Shown here one piece after another: positions 8,682 to 18,802 of a stretch of DNA of 64,000 bases. The notes below the pieces were generated by a model. That model saw only the letters and a list, made by a program, of their open reading frames with translations. It ran no database searches and was not told the origin of the DNA. The position numbers and the translations under genes were made by a program. The DNA comes from Bacteroidales bacterium (GTDB lineage: Bacteria; Bacteroidota; Bacteroidia; Bacteroidales; UBA12481), in the NCBI GenBank assembly GCA_028686135.1, contig JAQUCP010000006.1, positions 43,721-107,720 on the forward strand, in the 5' to 3' direction. The stretch's first letter is position 1; each line of letters starts with the position of its first letter.

Positions 8682-10106
8682 TCACCGCTTCAAATAGAGC
8701 GTAACCAATTGACCTTTAAACACTTGATCAGTAGGACAGTCTATTTTAAAGGTTTTATCCTGGATGGTTTCATCCACCAGGATATACTCCCGGGGGGAAT
8801 CGCAGTCGAGGCTGATATTTCCATACCGGGCCAGGTAGGCGGCGAGCTTCCAGTTCTGCCAGGTTGCAACACTAGTTTGCAGGATAGCGCCCTCCGGCAG
8901 AATTGTTGAGATCTGTCTAACATCATTAACCATATTTTGATCACGGCCGGGCTTCCCGGCCGTGATTGTTGTATAGGCAAGGATTGATATTAGAGCCAAT
9001 GCCACAGGGATTGAAATCCAGCGCCAGATTGAATCTTTGACCCCTTTCAGCTTGTCCTCAATTAAGGGAGCCAGGTAAAAACTGATTCCCAGAATCAGAT
9101 AGGGAATGGCGGGTACCAGATAGAAATCGCGCTGTTTCATCGTGATGATCAAAGGCAACGAAGCTGACAGTCCTACGAGGATCAAAAAGAGACCGGTATG
9201 TCGGTGCTCGGCCTCAACATTCTGAGCAGGACGGCGTCGTTTGGCAGTAATCCGGAACACCGCCCAAAGGATGATGGGGAGAGCCATTTGCAGGAGCAGA
9301 TAATAGAGAATCGTGAAACGTGATGCTGAAGTTACCTCTCTGGATCCGCTAAGCGATGGAATCAGCTGGCTGTTCAGATAATTTTGCAGGCTGATTTTGG
9401 CGTCGGGGGCAACCCAAAACAGGATCAGGAGGAAAAAAATTGGCAGCAGAATGGCCAGGGTAGAGAATGAGAGGTCCTTCAGATCGAATATCTTTTTCAC
9501 CGAGAGCGCATAAACGGGGATGGTCACCAGCGGGAACAATCCAACTGGTCCTTTGGACAGGAACGAGGCGAATATGAGCAAACTGGCCGGCAAGAGCCAC
9601 CAGTATCGGCCAGTCAGAGTAGCTTTACAGAGAAACCAGATGGCAAAAAGGGTGAATGGCGTCAAAGTGTTTTCAAGCATATTATTCCGATAGGACCAGA
9701 AGACCACGGGGGTCATGATCCAGAGAAGAACGGGCAGCCATGAATAATTTGCCAGGCGGGTTTCGCGACTAAAAAGCTTCCAGATCGCCACGATGCCCCA
9801 AACAGTCATCAGGGCGGTGGACAGGGAGTAGAGCCTTTCAGTCATGATACCATCACCTAAAACCCTGAAAAAAAGCGATTGTATCCCAAACACCAAGGGG
9901 GGATGCTCATAAAACGAAGGATAGAGGGTTGCGGTGTAATGCGGCTTCCATAAGCTTCCGATTCCCTCACTCATATTTCGGGAAATTGAAGCATAGGTGA
10001 GTCCATCGAGAAACATACCATCATGGAACAAGAACGGAAGCAGTAACCCGGCAAAAGCCAGAGCCGTCAGCAACCAGAAAAAAAGACGAAGCGGGGAGCG
10101 GTGCAT
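8682..10106 (-). CDS. ArnT/PMT-like (GT39/GT83-type) membrane glycosyltransferase
   Basis: 474 aa with more than 10 predicted TM segments. The N-terminal region DGLTYASISRNM...FYEHPPLVF is typical of the dolichyl/undecaprenyl-phosphate sugar transferase family. Confidence 0.6.
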   Translation of the reverse strand: MHRSPLRLFFWLLTALAFAGLLLPFLFHDGMFLDGLTYASISRNMSEGIGSLWKPHYTATLYPSFYEHPPLVFGIQSLFFRVLGDGIMTERLYSLSTALMTVWGIVAIWKLFSRETRLANYSWLPVLLWIMTPVVFWSYRNNMLENTLTPFTLFAIWFLCKATLTGRYWWLLPASLLIFASFLSKGPVGLFPLVTIPVYALSVKKIFDLKDLSFSTLAILLPIFFLLILFWVAPDAKISLQNYLNSQLIPSLSGSREVTSASRFTILYYLLLQMALPIILWAVFRITAKRRRPAQNVEAEHRHTGLFLILVGLSASLPLIITMKQRDFYLVPAIPYLILGISFYLAPLIEDKLKGVKDSIWRWISIPVALALISILAYTTITAGKPGRDQNMVNDVRQISTILPEGAILQTSVATWQNWKLAAYLARYGNISLDCDSPREYILVDETIQDKTFKIDCPTDQVFKGQLVTLYLKR

Positions 10107-10155
10107 GAAAGGTTTTGCGATTATTGATTTTCCAAAGTCGGCTTTTCTTTGCTAC

Positions 10156-12345
10156 TTACTCTTCGAGGGATATCTGAAGGTTGTCAAAATCAGTTTGGTG
10201 CCATCCACATCCAAATCCTGCCATACCAGAAGGGTAAGCTGAGTCGGTTGCTCTGACAACCAGCATGTCGTTGACATAACCATAAATCTTATCTCCTAAG
10301 AACTTAATTTTCAAGTTATTCCAGTTGTCATACTCTAGCGTGGCATGCCCCTCTTCGAGAATAACATCACGACTAACATAGTAATTACCATCGAAACTGA
10401 CCACCAATTTAAGGTTCTCGGGATCTGTGGAGGTGGCCAAGAGTTCGGACAACCCTTTAAACAGGTTCAGTTTGCTAGGGTCCAATTGCTCGAGTTCATC
10501 CAGACGGAAGGTGCGCACATTGATCGTATGATCTGGAAATGAATGCTTTAACATTGGCCAATCCAGTGTCATATCGATTTTCCCCTGCAGGATAGGCGGA
10601 TCGGTACGACCCAGCGCCCAGTTACCATCAGCAACCATCCGTAACCAATAACCAGGTGGAGGTTCGATGGTATATTGTGATACTTTGCCGACACGACCCA
10701 TGACCGACGCGACTTGTTCCAACCTATTAAATATCACATCAATAGACAGAGCATAATCCCGCATGGTCAGATCTCCCAGCATGGTATAGGGTTCCGGGTT
10801 GAGGCGTTGTGACCATTCGATGCCTACAGTAGGAACCATTTGTCGTAATATCTTATTCTCTCCATCGCTGACCACTTCGAAGACTCCGCCCTGATCCTGG
10901 GTATATCTTGGAAGAGATCCATCAGGATAATCGTGGAAAGCGTCGCTATAAGGCAAAGGAAATCCGGCAAGCATCGCATTGCGGGTCAGGGATGATGGCG
11001 GATTTTTTGGCAGGTTCTGCCTTTCTATGGTGGTCAGGGTATAGATACCCCCCGGGTCGAGGGTGATGCGAAGGTTAATAGAGCCGGTCTCCAATTGACG
11101 TTGCAGCACCAGCAGTTGGGTTGAATCGGATCGCCACAGATAAAACTGCCGGTTGGCAAAATCCCTGGGAACCTTTATATTAAACATTTGAGGTACAGCA
11201 GATTGTATAGTTTCAATCAGTATCGTCAGCTCTTGGTCATCATGGGAAGCCAGGGTAGTATAGCTAGTGGTCTGATCCACTGTCAGTCCGCAAGAAGAAG
11301 GAAGATATTTCCAGCCAGGCTGGGTAAACAGGGTAAAATGGGATACTGCCCTAAGAGTCGGGGTTATCTCAAAATGGCGGTTCCAGGGCGTATTAGCCTT
11401 AACCAGGCCGGCCACAGGGGTTGGAAGATTCTCGTAATGAGCTGTAATTAAGCTCCATACCAACGTCTTCGTCATTCCAAAGGTTATATAATTCCGATTA
11501 AACAGGCGAGCCAGTGCCTTTGCTCCCTCCCAGTCGGTTCGCCAGGGTCCATCTTCGGTTGACCAGAGTGGCTTGCCCGTCTGAAGCACCTGTTTTTCAT
11601 TGAAAGAGAGGGGATTCCATGATTGGTAATGACTTCCGAGGACATCAACGGCATCCATCAGTTCGGGGTCTTTAAGCAGATCTTTGGCAATATTGAAGGT
11701 TGAGACCTCATCCATTGCTACAATCTTGGTATTCAAGCCATTTCTACGAAGCTCAGATTTCAGGAGTTTAACCCAGGAGACATTTTTCGGTCGATCGAAG
11801 CTCATGAAGCGCTCGTTCCAGATTCCGCAGTAATCAACCTCAATACCGTGTAAATCCTTTGCTTTAAGCAGATAACGGACAATCAGGTCAGCATTTTCCT
11901 GTGAGAAAAACTCACCATTACCAATCCATCCCGGGGCGCCCCATTGAATCACCTCCAGGATGATATCAGGATTTCGCTTTTTGGCCTCTTTCATCAGCCA
12001 TAATTGAGAACCTCGTTGGAAAAAATCAGGTTGGGGATTCAGGAATTCCTCACGGGTATGAGCGATAGATGGTTCTGTTCCGGTTAAGGTATTGACATCA
12101 CCTCCGATCTCGACTTTCAGGTGATGCAAGCTTGCTCCGTATCCGGGCAGGAACAGCCAATCGAGAATTGCGCTCCGTTCGGGTTCCGGGTAATCAAACA
12201 GGAGTTTTGAGGAGGCACCAGTGCTGACAGCACCGATTCCGTTAAAAGCCGGACCCTGGCTTCCCAGGTCAACCTCCACTACCTGCTGGGCCTGGAGAGT
12301 TAATCCCAACAGACCTGTCAAAACTACTAAAAGTGCCTTCTTCAT
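10156..12345 (-). CDS. glycoside hydrolase family 59 (galactocerebrosidase-like beta-galactosidase), secreted
   Basis: 729 aa with a signal peptide. FNGIGAVSTGASSKLLFDYPEPERSAILDWLFLPGYGASLHHLKVEIGGDVNTLTGTEPS, GIWNER, LWSTEDGPW and the C-terminal lectin-like domain track along the human GALC sequence as I recall it. Confidence 0.75.
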   Translation of the reverse strand: MKKALLVVLTGLLGLTLQAQQVVEVDLGSQGPAFNGIGAVSTGASSKLLFDYPEPERSAILDWLFLPGYGASLHHLKVEIGGDVNTLTGTEPSIAHTREEFLNPQPDFFQRGSQLWLMKEAKKRNPDIILEVIQWGAPGWIGNGEFFSQENADLIVRYLLKAKDLHGIEVDYCGIWNERFMSFDRPKNVSWVKLLKSELRRNGLNTKIVAMDEVSTFNIAKDLLKDPELMDAVDVLGSHYQSWNPLSFNEKQVLQTGKPLWSTEDGPWRTDWEGAKALARLFNRNYITFGMTKTLVWSLITAHYENLPTPVAGLVKANTPWNRHFEITPTLRAVSHFTLFTQPGWKYLPSSCGLTVDQTTSYTTLASHDDQELTILIETIQSAVPQMFNIKVPRDFANRQFYLWRSDSTQLLVLQRQLETGSINLRITLDPGGIYTLTTIERQNLPKNPPSSLTRNAMLAGFPLPYSDAFHDYPDGSLPRYTQDQGGVFEVVSDGENKILRQMVPTVGIEWSQRLNPEPYTMLGDLTMRDYALSIDVIFNRLEQVASVMGRVGKVSQYTIEPPPGYWLRMVADGNWALGRTDPPILQGKIDMTLDWPMLKHSFPDHTINVRTFRLDELEQLDPSKLNLFKGLSELLATSTDPENLKLVVSFDGNYYVSRDVILEEGHATLEYDNWNNLKIKFLGDKIYGYVNDMLVVRATDSAYPSGMAGFGCGWHQTDFDNLQISLEE

Positions 12346-14204
12346 AATATCTTGGTAAACTGATCTCTTTTCATGCGCAGGTCACTCTTTTTCATCTTTT
12401 CAATCGTGATTGTTCGGCCGGGAATTTCAGGATCAACCTGGTTATTTTCGATCAGGACATTCTTGCAGGCATCAAGGGTGATGGTTGTTTTTCTCGGGTG
12501 CCAGGGCTCAAAGCGGGTGCTATGGACCAGGGTATTACCGACAAATGCCAAGCCATCAACTGAGCGGGCAAAAAGGAGTGGATAGTCATACAGATCGAAG
12601 TGATTATTTTCTATCCTGATGTTTCGATGAAAAGCTGGGGCTTTTGGATCTAGCTGAGGGATTACCGGGTAGATGCTGATGACCGCTTCGCAGAACTGGT
12701 ACATGGAGGTCAGGCACAAATCGGTAAAGTGGTTGTTTCGGATCAGCACATCTTTCACGCCGCCCGACTCGTACCATTGGTTGGCATCACCGGATATCAG
12801 GATAGCGGATCCGCTGGATTCGAAGCGATTATTTTCGATCACCACCGATCCCGGGGTTGTGATGAGAACTCCACGGGCGCGGCAGCTCTCAAAGTGTGAG
12901 CCGGTAATTAGGACATCTGGAGCCCAGGTTAGATTTTCCAGGGCATCTCCGGCTTTGATATCATCAGGAACAGGATCCACAAAGGTGACCAGGAAGTCGG
13001 TGGTATCGATGACATTAAACGCCGCGGTTTCGCCCTCGGCGACAGTCACCATGGTTGGGCCATGGATAAATCCCACCCTTTCACCGGGGCGGGCCCAGGG
13101 CATTCCGATGCTCTGATCATGAATGAAACGGCATAACAAGGTACGTTCGCTCATCTTTTCGATAATCCGCACGCTGGTCCCATGCACATTGATCGGGTCG
13201 TCCATCAAGGCATGAAAGCGGCAATCATCGATGATGACCATTCCACGGCAATTAGAGACCTGAAATCCGTCATCGTGACCTGCCAGGATGCGGTTCTTTG
13301 CCGGATTGGGAACATTATTAACTCGTCTAAACGTAAGATCCTCTGAGTATTGGGAAAGGATTCCCAGTCCGCAGTTGGCATACATTTGCAGATCGGTCAG
13401 TGCGATCTCCCGGCTTTCGGTGATAAAGACGCCGGAGTGGTCACGCTCACTGTGCCTCATCACCAATAGGTTCCCTTTAGCCGGAACTCTTTTAAACTGA
13501 TGATGTAACCGAAGTACTCCAGGCTCCAGCTCTTCGGCCTGATAATCGCGCCACCCGGCCCCCAGGCATCCCCAGTCGCCCGTTTTGTAAGCCACCGCCC
13601 TGGTTTCGCGGTCGAACTCCATAGCACTTCGCCAGGGGCTCTTCCATCCTTCGCCGACGAAAAAGACTTTTCCATCTTCCAGCACATAGGGCGACTCACA
13701 GCAGTCGATCCGGATATCAATCCATTCCGGGGTCACATCGAGGATTTCGGATTCGGCAGTCAAGGGAATATCCCAGTCGATACTCAGATTCCTGATGTGT
13801 ATTCGCTCACTCCGGTCAATGGTGAAAGGCTGCATCCGATCGTGGAACACGAAATCCGACCCTCCGCCATCGATGGTCAGTCCGCTCATCTCTTCGATCA
13901 GGATAGCGCATCGGCGGGGGTTAATATCGGTGGTATTCGACTCATAATAGACTCTCTCCTGACTCTGGTGCGGCCAGAAATCGTACCGGCCTTGCTGGAA
14001 TAGCAGAACAACTTCTGATTTGGATTGGCAAGCTTCCAGGGCTTTCCGGACGTAGGGGACCGCATTAACTCTGGTATTTGGCATCAGTCCGAAATCGCTT
14101 ATCCGGATAGTATCCGGTTGAGCGACAAGGGTTGTACCAGAAAGGGCAAGAGTCAGTAAAAAAGCAAAGAATGTTAAGTATTTGATTTTCTGCACTTTAA
14201 TCAT
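12342..14204 (-). CDS. secreted right-handed parallel beta-helix glycosidase-like protein (possibly GH110-type alpha-galactosidase)
   Basis: 620 aa with a signal peptide and repeated PbH1-like units (NN.F..., ...IENN.F). There is a 4-nt overlap with the GH59 gene. The GH110 assignment rests only on size, fold type and neighbourhood. Confidence 0.5.
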   Translation of the reverse strand: MIKVQKIKYLTFFAFLLTLALSGTTLVAQPDTIRISDFGLMPNTRVNAVPYVRKALEACQSKSEVVLLFQQGRYDFWPHQSQERVYYESNTTDINPRRCAILIEEMSGLTIDGGGSDFVFHDRMQPFTIDRSERIHIRNLSIDWDIPLTAESEILDVTPEWIDIRIDCCESPYVLEDGKVFFVGEGWKSPWRSAMEFDRETRAVAYKTGDWGCLGAGWRDYQAEELEPGVLRLHHQFKRVPAKGNLLVMRHSERDHSGVFITESREIALTDLQMYANCGLGILSQYSEDLTFRRVNNVPNPAKNRILAGHDDGFQVSNCRGMVIIDDCRFHALMDDPINVHGTSVRIIEKMSERTLLCRFIHDQSIGMPWARPGERVGFIHGPTMVTVAEGETAAFNVIDTTDFLVTFVDPVPDDIKAGDALENLTWAPDVLITGSHFESCRARGVLITTPGSVVIENNRFESSGSAILISGDANQWYESGGVKDVLIRNNHFTDLCLTSMYQFCEAVISIYPVIPQLDPKAPAFHRNIRIENNHFDLYDYPLLFARSVDGLAFVGNTLVHSTRFEPWHPRKTTITLDACKNVLIENNQVDPEIPGRTITIEKMKKSDLRMKRDQFTKIL

Positions 14205-14232
14205 AATAATTTCCCATTTAAAAGTTCTTGAG

Positions 14233-14994
14233 CTAGGCTGGTTCGGTTAGGATGGTAGTCAGTTCCTGGATATTCTCCTTACTAATTCCGGCAGCGAGGA
14301 AATATCCTTCAACGCCTTTATATTTTTCATCGATATAGTCGAAAGCTGTTTGCAGGAACTCCCGGCGCACCTCGAAGGCAGCCTGGAGGTTTCCCTTGGG
14401 CATTAATCCGGCGGTGATGAGGCGCAGTTTCCATTGTCCTTGTCGGATTTGTGTTTTCATAAAGAGATTTGAGCGAAGGTAATCATCGAAGACTGGTTTC
14501 AATTCCGCCCCCATTAATCGCTGGATCATGGCGGCGGCAAATCCGGTACGATCTTTACCCGCGCGACAGTGGATGATCATAGGAAGGTTATTGGGGTTTA
14601 GGATCAAATGGATCAGGGCGGCCATGGGTTTCATCATCAGATCGACCATTTCGGCGTACACGTTATCCATCACTGCGATGATGCTTTCGTTGGAATTTCG
14701 TCTAAACAGCAGTGGTTTAAGGCGTTCACGAGTCCGTTGATCGATATTACAAGGCAGGGATACCCGGTTTTGTCCCGGCAATTTCCCTGGTTTTCGTTCC
14801 TGTTCCTGGATGGAGCGTAGATCAACAACGGTTCGGATGCCAAGGTTATCGATCGTGTTTCTGTCCTCTTGGTTGAGCCTTTGGAGCACAGCAGAGCGAT
14901 AGAGGAGACCTGGTTTGAACCTTCGTCCATCCGGCAGAGGTATTTGTCCGATATCCCGGAAGTTAATGCGTGTGAGCATATTAGCAATTTTCAT
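14233..14994 (-). CDS. protein-tyrosine phosphatase (Y_phosphatase3-type)
   Basis: 253 aa with the active-site loop HCRAGKDRTG (CX5R). Confidence 0.8.
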   Translation of the reverse strand: MKIANMLTRINFRDIGQIPLPDGRRFKPGLLYRSAVLQRLNQEDRNTIDNLGIRTVVDLRSIQEQERKPGKLPGQNRVSLPCNIDQRTRERLKPLLFRRNSNESIIAVMDNVYAEMVDLMMKPMAALIHLILNPNNLPMIIHCRAGKDRTGFAAAMIQRLMGAELKPVFDDYLRSNLFMKTQIRQGQWKLRLITAGLMPKGNLQAAFEVRREFLQTAFDYIDEKYKGVEGYFLAAGISKENIQELTTILTEPA

Positions 14995-15066
14995 CTTTTA
15001 CTGTTACCGGGTTAAAGATAGCGGTTTTGCCTGGCAATTTCCCTGCTTTTATCCACCTTCACAATC

Positions 15067-16092
15067 TCAATCATCCGCTTTGCCGCGGCCAAATTCATTG
15101 AAATAGATGCGAACCAGCACAACAAACAGGGAAATCATCAGAGGCCCAAAAATCAGCCCGATCAGTCCAAATAGTTTGGTCCCGGCCAACACCCCCAGAA
15201 TGGTGATCAACGGATGAACATTAGCTAACTTTTTCTGGAGAAGGAAACGGGCCACATTATCCACAGACCCCACGAGAATAAAACACCACGCCATCAGAGC
15301 AAGACCTGGGACGAAATTTCCGATAGCCAGAGTATAAATAACCACAGGCAGATAAACCAGCATCGCACCCACAACCGGAATCATGGAGGCAAAGGCCGTC
15401 AATACCCCCAGAAGAACCGGCTCAGCAACACCAAAAAGCATGTAGCCAATCATGGCAACCGACCCCTGTAGCAAGGCAACCACCGGGATCGTGATGGAAT
15501 TACTGCGTACCATCCTGGTTACTTCATCCAGCAATTTTTGTTTATTGCTTTGCCTAAATGGAAGATACTGACGAACATACAACTCCATCTTCCGGCTGTT
15601 GATCATCATGAAAAACAGAAACAGATACATAAAAACCAGGATCAAAACCGTCTGAAGCGTGCCACTGATCATCTGCTGGGCAACATCAGTCAACCTGCCA
15701 CTCAGATTCACCAGCATCTCCCGGTTCAGAATATTCAGTCCCAACTCATCCCGAAGATAGATGTTGATCTTGTTAAAGATGTCGATAAAAAACTGTGGCG
15801 ATTCCACAAATGGCAAGGCCTTGAAAATCAACATTCTGATAATAAAGAAAGTCGGAAGGACAATCAATAGCGCAGTCAAAAGCATTAGAATACCAGCCGC
15901 CACCCAGCTTTTCAGCTTTTTAATTTTCATGAGCCAGGCCATGGGCTGCTTTAACAGAATGTATAGAGCTACAGCTCCCAACAGCGATGGAAACAGAAAG
16001 CTGAGCTGCCGCCATAGAACCAGGGCGATACCCACAATAGCGGCTAACAACAACACCTGGTAAATCTTGGCAGGATGTATCGTGTTTGGCAT
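15067..16092 (-). CDS. AI-2E family transporter (PerM/UPF0118)
   Basis: 341 aa polytopic membrane protein with the typical C-terminal ...HPL.ILLGVL.G..LFG..GLI.GP... Confidence 0.75.
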   Translation of the reverse strand: MPNTIHPAKIYQVLLLAAIVGIALVLWRQLSFLFPSLLGAVALYILLKQPMAWLMKIKKLKSWVAAGILMLLTALLIVLPTFFIIRMLIFKALPFVESPQFFIDIFNKINIYLRDELGLNILNREMLVNLSGRLTDVAQQMISGTLQTVLILVFMYLFLFFMMINSRKMELYVRQYLPFRQSNKQKLLDEVTRMVRSNSITIPVVALLQGSVAMIGYMLFGVAEPVLLGVLTAFASMIPVVGAMLVYLPVVIYTLAIGNFVPGLALMAWCFILVGSVDNVARFLLQKKLANVHPLITILGVLAGTKLFGLIGLIFGPLMISLFVVLVRIYFNEFGRGKADD

Positions 16093-16185
16093 GGCAGTAT
16101 AAATATCAGCAAAGATAAAACAGTTAGCGGTTTACACATCAATACATCCTAAACCTGAACCGATCTGATCTTCATCTGATTTTCT

Positions 16186-16193
16186 TAGTTTTG
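16186..16193 (+). promoter_or_regulatory. -7 promoter box TAGTTTTG
   Basis: Perfect TAnnTTTG 19 nt upstream of the ATG at 16212. No clear -33 TTTG at the expected spacing. Confidence 0.35.
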
Positions 16194-16211
16194 AATAATA
16201 AACTAATCACC

Positions 16212-18407
16212 ATGAAAAAAATTCTGGTCCTTCTGTTGAGCATCTGCCTCCTTCCGGCCGCTAATGCTCAGACTGTCCTGCCACTAACCGATCACATGGA
16301 GATCCCCTCCAACTCGAATATCCGGATAGAACCAGGCAGCTATGACTTTGCCGATATGGGGCGTGACGGGGTAATTCGCATCATGAATAAGGAGAACATC
16401 ATCATCGATGGAACGGATGTGGAAGTGACCGGAGTCGCCTTTACCGGCTTCCTGTTTAACATTGAAAATTCGAGGAATATCACCATTCGCAATTTTCATA
16501 AGGTTGAGAAGTACTTCTACGCTCTTTCGGCAAAGCAATCAACTGATATTCACGTTCTTGATAACAACTTCTCCTACAATAAAAAAGACACTTCCGGGTG
16601 GATCTCCATCTACACCGGAGTGGGTGAAGCACTGGGTGGCGGTGTCCTGTTCGACCGCTGTACCGATTCAGAGATTTCGGGCAACCTGATGACTCAACAA
16701 AACGATGGAGTAGCTCTGTATGAGTGCGATAACATCACAGTGAATGATAATATCGTAAACTGGAACTGTGGGTTCGGCATTCGAATGACCACCACTAATA
16801 ATTGTTCTATCCATCATAACGACTGTTCCCATGTCAACCGCATCACCGACCCGAGCGACTGTGCAGCTATTCTGCTGATTACCTGCAGTAATAACCGTGT
16901 CGAGCACAACAACCTCACCTACTCCGGCGATGGGGTGTTCCTCAGTGACTTCAGAAACACTCAGACCCAGGGCAATAACTTCTTCGGATACAACGATTGC
17001 TCCTATTCTCCTCATAATGCCATCGAAGCAACCTTTTCGGATGGAAATCAGTTTGTTGGCAACAAGTGCAATTTCAGTCACTATGGTTTCTGGCTAGGCT
17101 ATAGTCACAATTGTCTTATTTCTGATAATGAGATCATTGGAAACTTACAGTCGGGCATAGCCATCGACCGGGGATACCGGAACTCGTTCATTAATAACCA
17201 TATCAGCCTGAGCCCCTATGGAATCGAGCTGTGGGAAGGTAGCGGCATTGATCCTTATACCGATCAGTTTTCGCACCATTATTCGATTTCCGATAATATA
17301 ATCGAGGGTAACGTATGGGGCATCAGCGCCATCAACACCGAGGATCTGGTGGTCAAAAACAATGCATTTAGCCACAACAAGGAAGATATCTACATCGAAG
17401 GGCAAGCTACCCATGATACCATCACCGGAAACCTATTTCGTTCTCCTACCCTGTATCATCTGCGAAGTACCTCATCCGACGAGGTTTTTGCACCCAACAA
17501 TACCTTTATTCCGATGATTGACACCCTGATTCGGCTGCGGATATCAGGAAATATTGAATGGCAACCGTTCATCCGGACTCAAGATCCTGCCATTCAGTGG
17601 ATTCCCCCCTGCGATATGGCTGAACGCCCCGGAGTCTGGACTATCTATGCGGATCCAGGTTATGGCCACCGGCGCGATGAAACGCTTGAATGGGACTATG
17701 CTGATCGAAAAGTGGGGGCAGCATCGGTCAAATTATACACTCCCCGGGGATGGGATGTTGGGCTGAATTATCGCCCGGGAGACGACTCCCTGGCCGTCTG
17801 GTCGCTCCAGGAGGATGATACGCTAACCTTCTGGCTGAAAACCATCAAACAGCCATCCTACGGGTTCCAGGCCTTTCATATCCGGCTGGGAAATACCAAT
17901 CAGGGCTATTTTGAATACACCGCCCCAGCCTCCCTCCTGAATAACGCCCATAATAACTGGCGCCGATACCGCGTTCCAATCCAAGGCAATATGTCCTTTG
18001 TCAGAAGTACCGTGGGCAACATGAGTCTGGAGAACGTTAACTATGTGGAATTCAGGGCCGACACCTGGGACTATGGCTATACCCTTTGGGTGGACGGCGT
18101 GCAGTTTCATGAATGCACTCCCACCGGCATCACCGACAATCCAATCACCAGCAAACTGGAGTCGGGCTGCTTTCCTAACCCCTTCGATCACTCAACAACT
18201 GTCTGGTTTAACCTGCCCGAAAACGGTCAGGTGCAGCTGGCAGTTTATGATTTGCAGGGGCGCTTGATGAGAAACCTGATCCATGAGTGGCTGCCGGCAG
18301 GCAACCACGAAGTAACCCTCCAGGAAGGTAAGCTGCACCCCGGAATCTACTTCTACAAGCTGACAACCACGCAGGGATCCAGCATTGGGAAAATGATAAA
18401 AAATTGA
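16212..18407 (+). CDS. secreted right-handed beta-helix (NosD/CASH-like) protein with T9SS C-terminal sorting domain
   Basis: I chose the ATG at 16212 (MKKILVLLLSICLLPAANAQ); the track start is a TTG. There are many NN..-type beta-helix repeats. The C-terminus CFPNPFDHSTTVWFNLPENGQVQLAVYDLQGRLM...GIYFYKL is a typical Por/T9SS CTD. Confidence 0.75.
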   Translation: MKKILVLLLSICLLPAANAQTVLPLTDHMEIPSNSNIRIEPGSYDFADMGRDGVIRIMNKENIIIDGTDVEVTGVAFTGFLFNIENSRNITIRNFHKVEKYFYALSAKQSTDIHVLDNNFSYNKKDTSGWISIYTGVGEALGGGVLFDRCTDSEISGNLMTQQNDGVALYECDNITVNDNIVNWNCGFGIRMTTTNNCSIHHNDCSHVNRITDPSDCAAILLITCSNNRVEHNNLTYSGDGVFLSDFRNTQTQGNNFFGYNDCSYSPHNAIEATFSDGNQFVGNKCNFSHYGFWLGYSHNCLISDNEIIGNLQSGIAIDRGYRNSFINNHISLSPYGIELWEGSGIDPYTDQFSHHYSISDNIIEGNVWGISAINTEDLVVKNNAFSHNKEDIYIEGQATHDTITGNLFRSPTLYHLRSTSSDEVFAPNNTFIPMIDTLIRLRISGNIEWQPFIRTQDPAIQWIPPCDMAERPGVWTIYADPGYGHRRDETLEWDYADRKVGAASVKLYTPRGWDVGLNYRPGDDSLAVWSLQEDDTLTFWLKTIKQPSYGFQAFHIRLGNTNQGYFEYTAPASLLNNAHNNWRRYRVPIQGNMSFVRSTVGNMSLENVNYVEFRADTWDYGYTLWVDGVQFHECTPTGITDNPITSKLESGCFPNPFDHSTTVWFNLPENGQVQLAVYDLQGRLMRNLIHEWLPAGNHEVTLQEGKLHPGIYFYKLTTTQGSSIGKMIKN

Positions 18408-18467
18408 ATACAAGCAACTTATAATCGAACTCTCGCCCTGGGCCTTGTTGTTGCCACGATTCACTAA

Positions 18468-18782
18468 TCACTTTTTCACCGCCACTCCCCAGGTAATGAA
18501 GACATTGAATTCGCGCTCAACACCATCATGACCGGTGCGGGTGGTTTTTGCTGCTAGGGTTGTTTGCACGTTTACCAGGTTCGCTTCTTTAAAATACTGA
18601 ACCATCTCATCATGATGGAATCCCATGTGGGTAACCCCGATATTGCTACTGTGGAAAAAGCCATGGTCCGGTTCAAGTTCGGCGATAAAGAGTTGTCCTC
18701 CAGGATTGAGATAGGATAACATTTTGACATGATAAGACCTTCTATCCCACTCCCGAGCCTGTTTGTCAAAGTGATTCTCCAT
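18468..18782 (-). pseudogene. remnant of a class I SAM-dependent methyltransferase (in-frame internal deletion)
   Basis: 104 aa. The N-terminus NHFDKQAREWD and the C-terminal part LNPGGQLFIAELEPDHGFFHS...GFHHDEMVQYFKEA resemble the two ends of ~200-aa methyltransferases. The GxGxG SAM-binding core between them is absent. Confidence 0.5.
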
Positions 18783-18802
18783 GCAACCCAACCTATTTAT
18801 CG

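Noticed and set aside
8682-16092. Classical polysaccharide utilisation locus (PUL)
   Set aside because: No SusC/SusD-like pair or hybrid two-component/ECF regulator is present in or next to the run.
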